The notes under the pieces: generated by a model
Database searches by the model: none
Told to the model about the DNA's origin: nothing
Seen by the model: only the letters and a program-made list of their open reading frames with translations
Made by a program: the position numbers and the translations under genes
Part shown: positions 37,136 through 37,639 of the stretch, one piece after another
Numbering within the stretch: the first letter of the stretch is position 1
Layout: the number at the start of each line of letters is the position of its first letter
Virus record (IMG/VR): IMGVR_UViG_2585427795_000009
Coordinates: 1-37,639 of that record
Direction: 5' to 3' (one strand)
DNA length: 37,639 bases
From: a virus
Taxonomy: Duplodnaviria; Heunggongvirae; Uroviricota; Caudoviricetes

Positions 37136-37162
37136 AATCTCCCTTACACGGGCTTATTTTTT
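37136..37162. repeat. Prophage att core, right copy (int-proximal)
   Basis: Identical 27-mer to 1507..1533. Confidence 0.85.
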
Positions 37163-37321
37163 TATGCATAAGCCCTATCTCTGGTAACCGTCTTCCATTG
37201 ACCACATCGATAGAATCCTCCTTCATAGCACGATGCCTTTCACTTATCGGCATCGTGCTCCCACAGGTTCCGGCTACGCACAGCCAGAACGCGCATATTT
37301 GACGCTTACCAAAAAATATTC

Positions 37322-37639
37322 TCACTCTCCACATTTGAATGTCAGACGAGCGACACCATGTAATCCTACACCTTCTGTCTTCAGCTCAACTATTTGCATT
37401 TTTTTGCCCTGAGTAACACAGAAATGAGTTGCATCATTTTTTACTATATTTTCTGCACCAGATATTCTACCCCTGGCTAAAGAAGCTTCGGCTTCGGTGT
37501 AGTATTGGTTATCGAGTTTACGCTGAATATTACTTTTATATGCAAGACCAAATTTACCGATACTTGTCTCATCATTATGCACAGCACAACCAGACATAAT
37601 AAAAATACTAATTAATGATATAGCAGCTATCTTTTTCAT
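37322..37639 (-). CDS. yegR: Host lipoprotein YegR
   Basis: 105 aa with lipoprotein signal MKKIAAISLISIFIMSGC; flanks the prophage opposite yegQ/cyaR, as at the E. coli K-12 ogrK remnant locus. Confidence 0.75.
   Translation of the reverse strand: MKKIAAISLISIFIMSGCAVHNDETSIGKFGLAYKSNIQRKLDNQYYTEAEASLARGRISGAENIVKNDATHFCVTQGKKMQIVELKTEGVGLHGVARLTFKCGE

Larger units (their letters stand above)
1507..37162 (-). mobile_element. Complete P2-like prophage (about 35.6 kb) bounded by 27-bp att core repeats
   Basis: Direct repeat AATCTCCCTTACACGGGCTTATTTTTT at 1507..1533 and 37136..37162; full P2 gene order and gene sizes between them; int adjacent to the right-hand repeat. Confidence 0.9.

Noticed and set aside
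37229-37259. Perfect 10-bp-stem hairpin GCACGATGCC-N11-GGCATCGTGC between att and yegR, considered as a terminator or small RNA
   Set aside because: No U-tract on either strand and no promoter-like signal. It may be a host REP-like or structural element, but there is not enough evidence to call it.

Overview
The window is a complete P2-like (Peduovirus-type) temperate prophage of about 35.6 kb in an Escherichia-type chromosome, integrated into the 3' end of the sRNA gene cyaR between host genes yegQ (1..1362) and yegR (37322..37639). It is bounded by a perfect 27-bp att core direct repeat (1507..1533 and 37136..37162). Every P2 backbone gene is present at near-canonical length and order, so the prophage looks intact: ogr-D-U-T-E/E'-FII-FI-[cargo]-G-H-I-J-W-V-[cargo]-S-R-lysC/B/A-K-Y-X-L-M-N-O on the minus strand, P-Q on the plus strand, then the cos region, then A-orf83/82/81/80-B-orf78-cox / C-int. 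Three AT-rich cargo slots interrupt the roughly 52-55% GC backbone. The most interesting is the Q-cos-A hotspot (the P2 old/tin position, 24.5-31.2 kb), which holds an IS21-family insertion with an 8-bp target duplication, a retron-type reverse transcriptase translationally coupled to a 2-TM protein behind a hairpin-rich leader, and, divergently across an exact P2 cos match, an AbiK/Abi-P2-like reverse transcriptase. The other two slots (Z/fun position and orf30 position) each carry a single unrecognised membrane protein. All calls rest on reading the sequence and ORF translations plus recalled family knowledge; no database search was possible.
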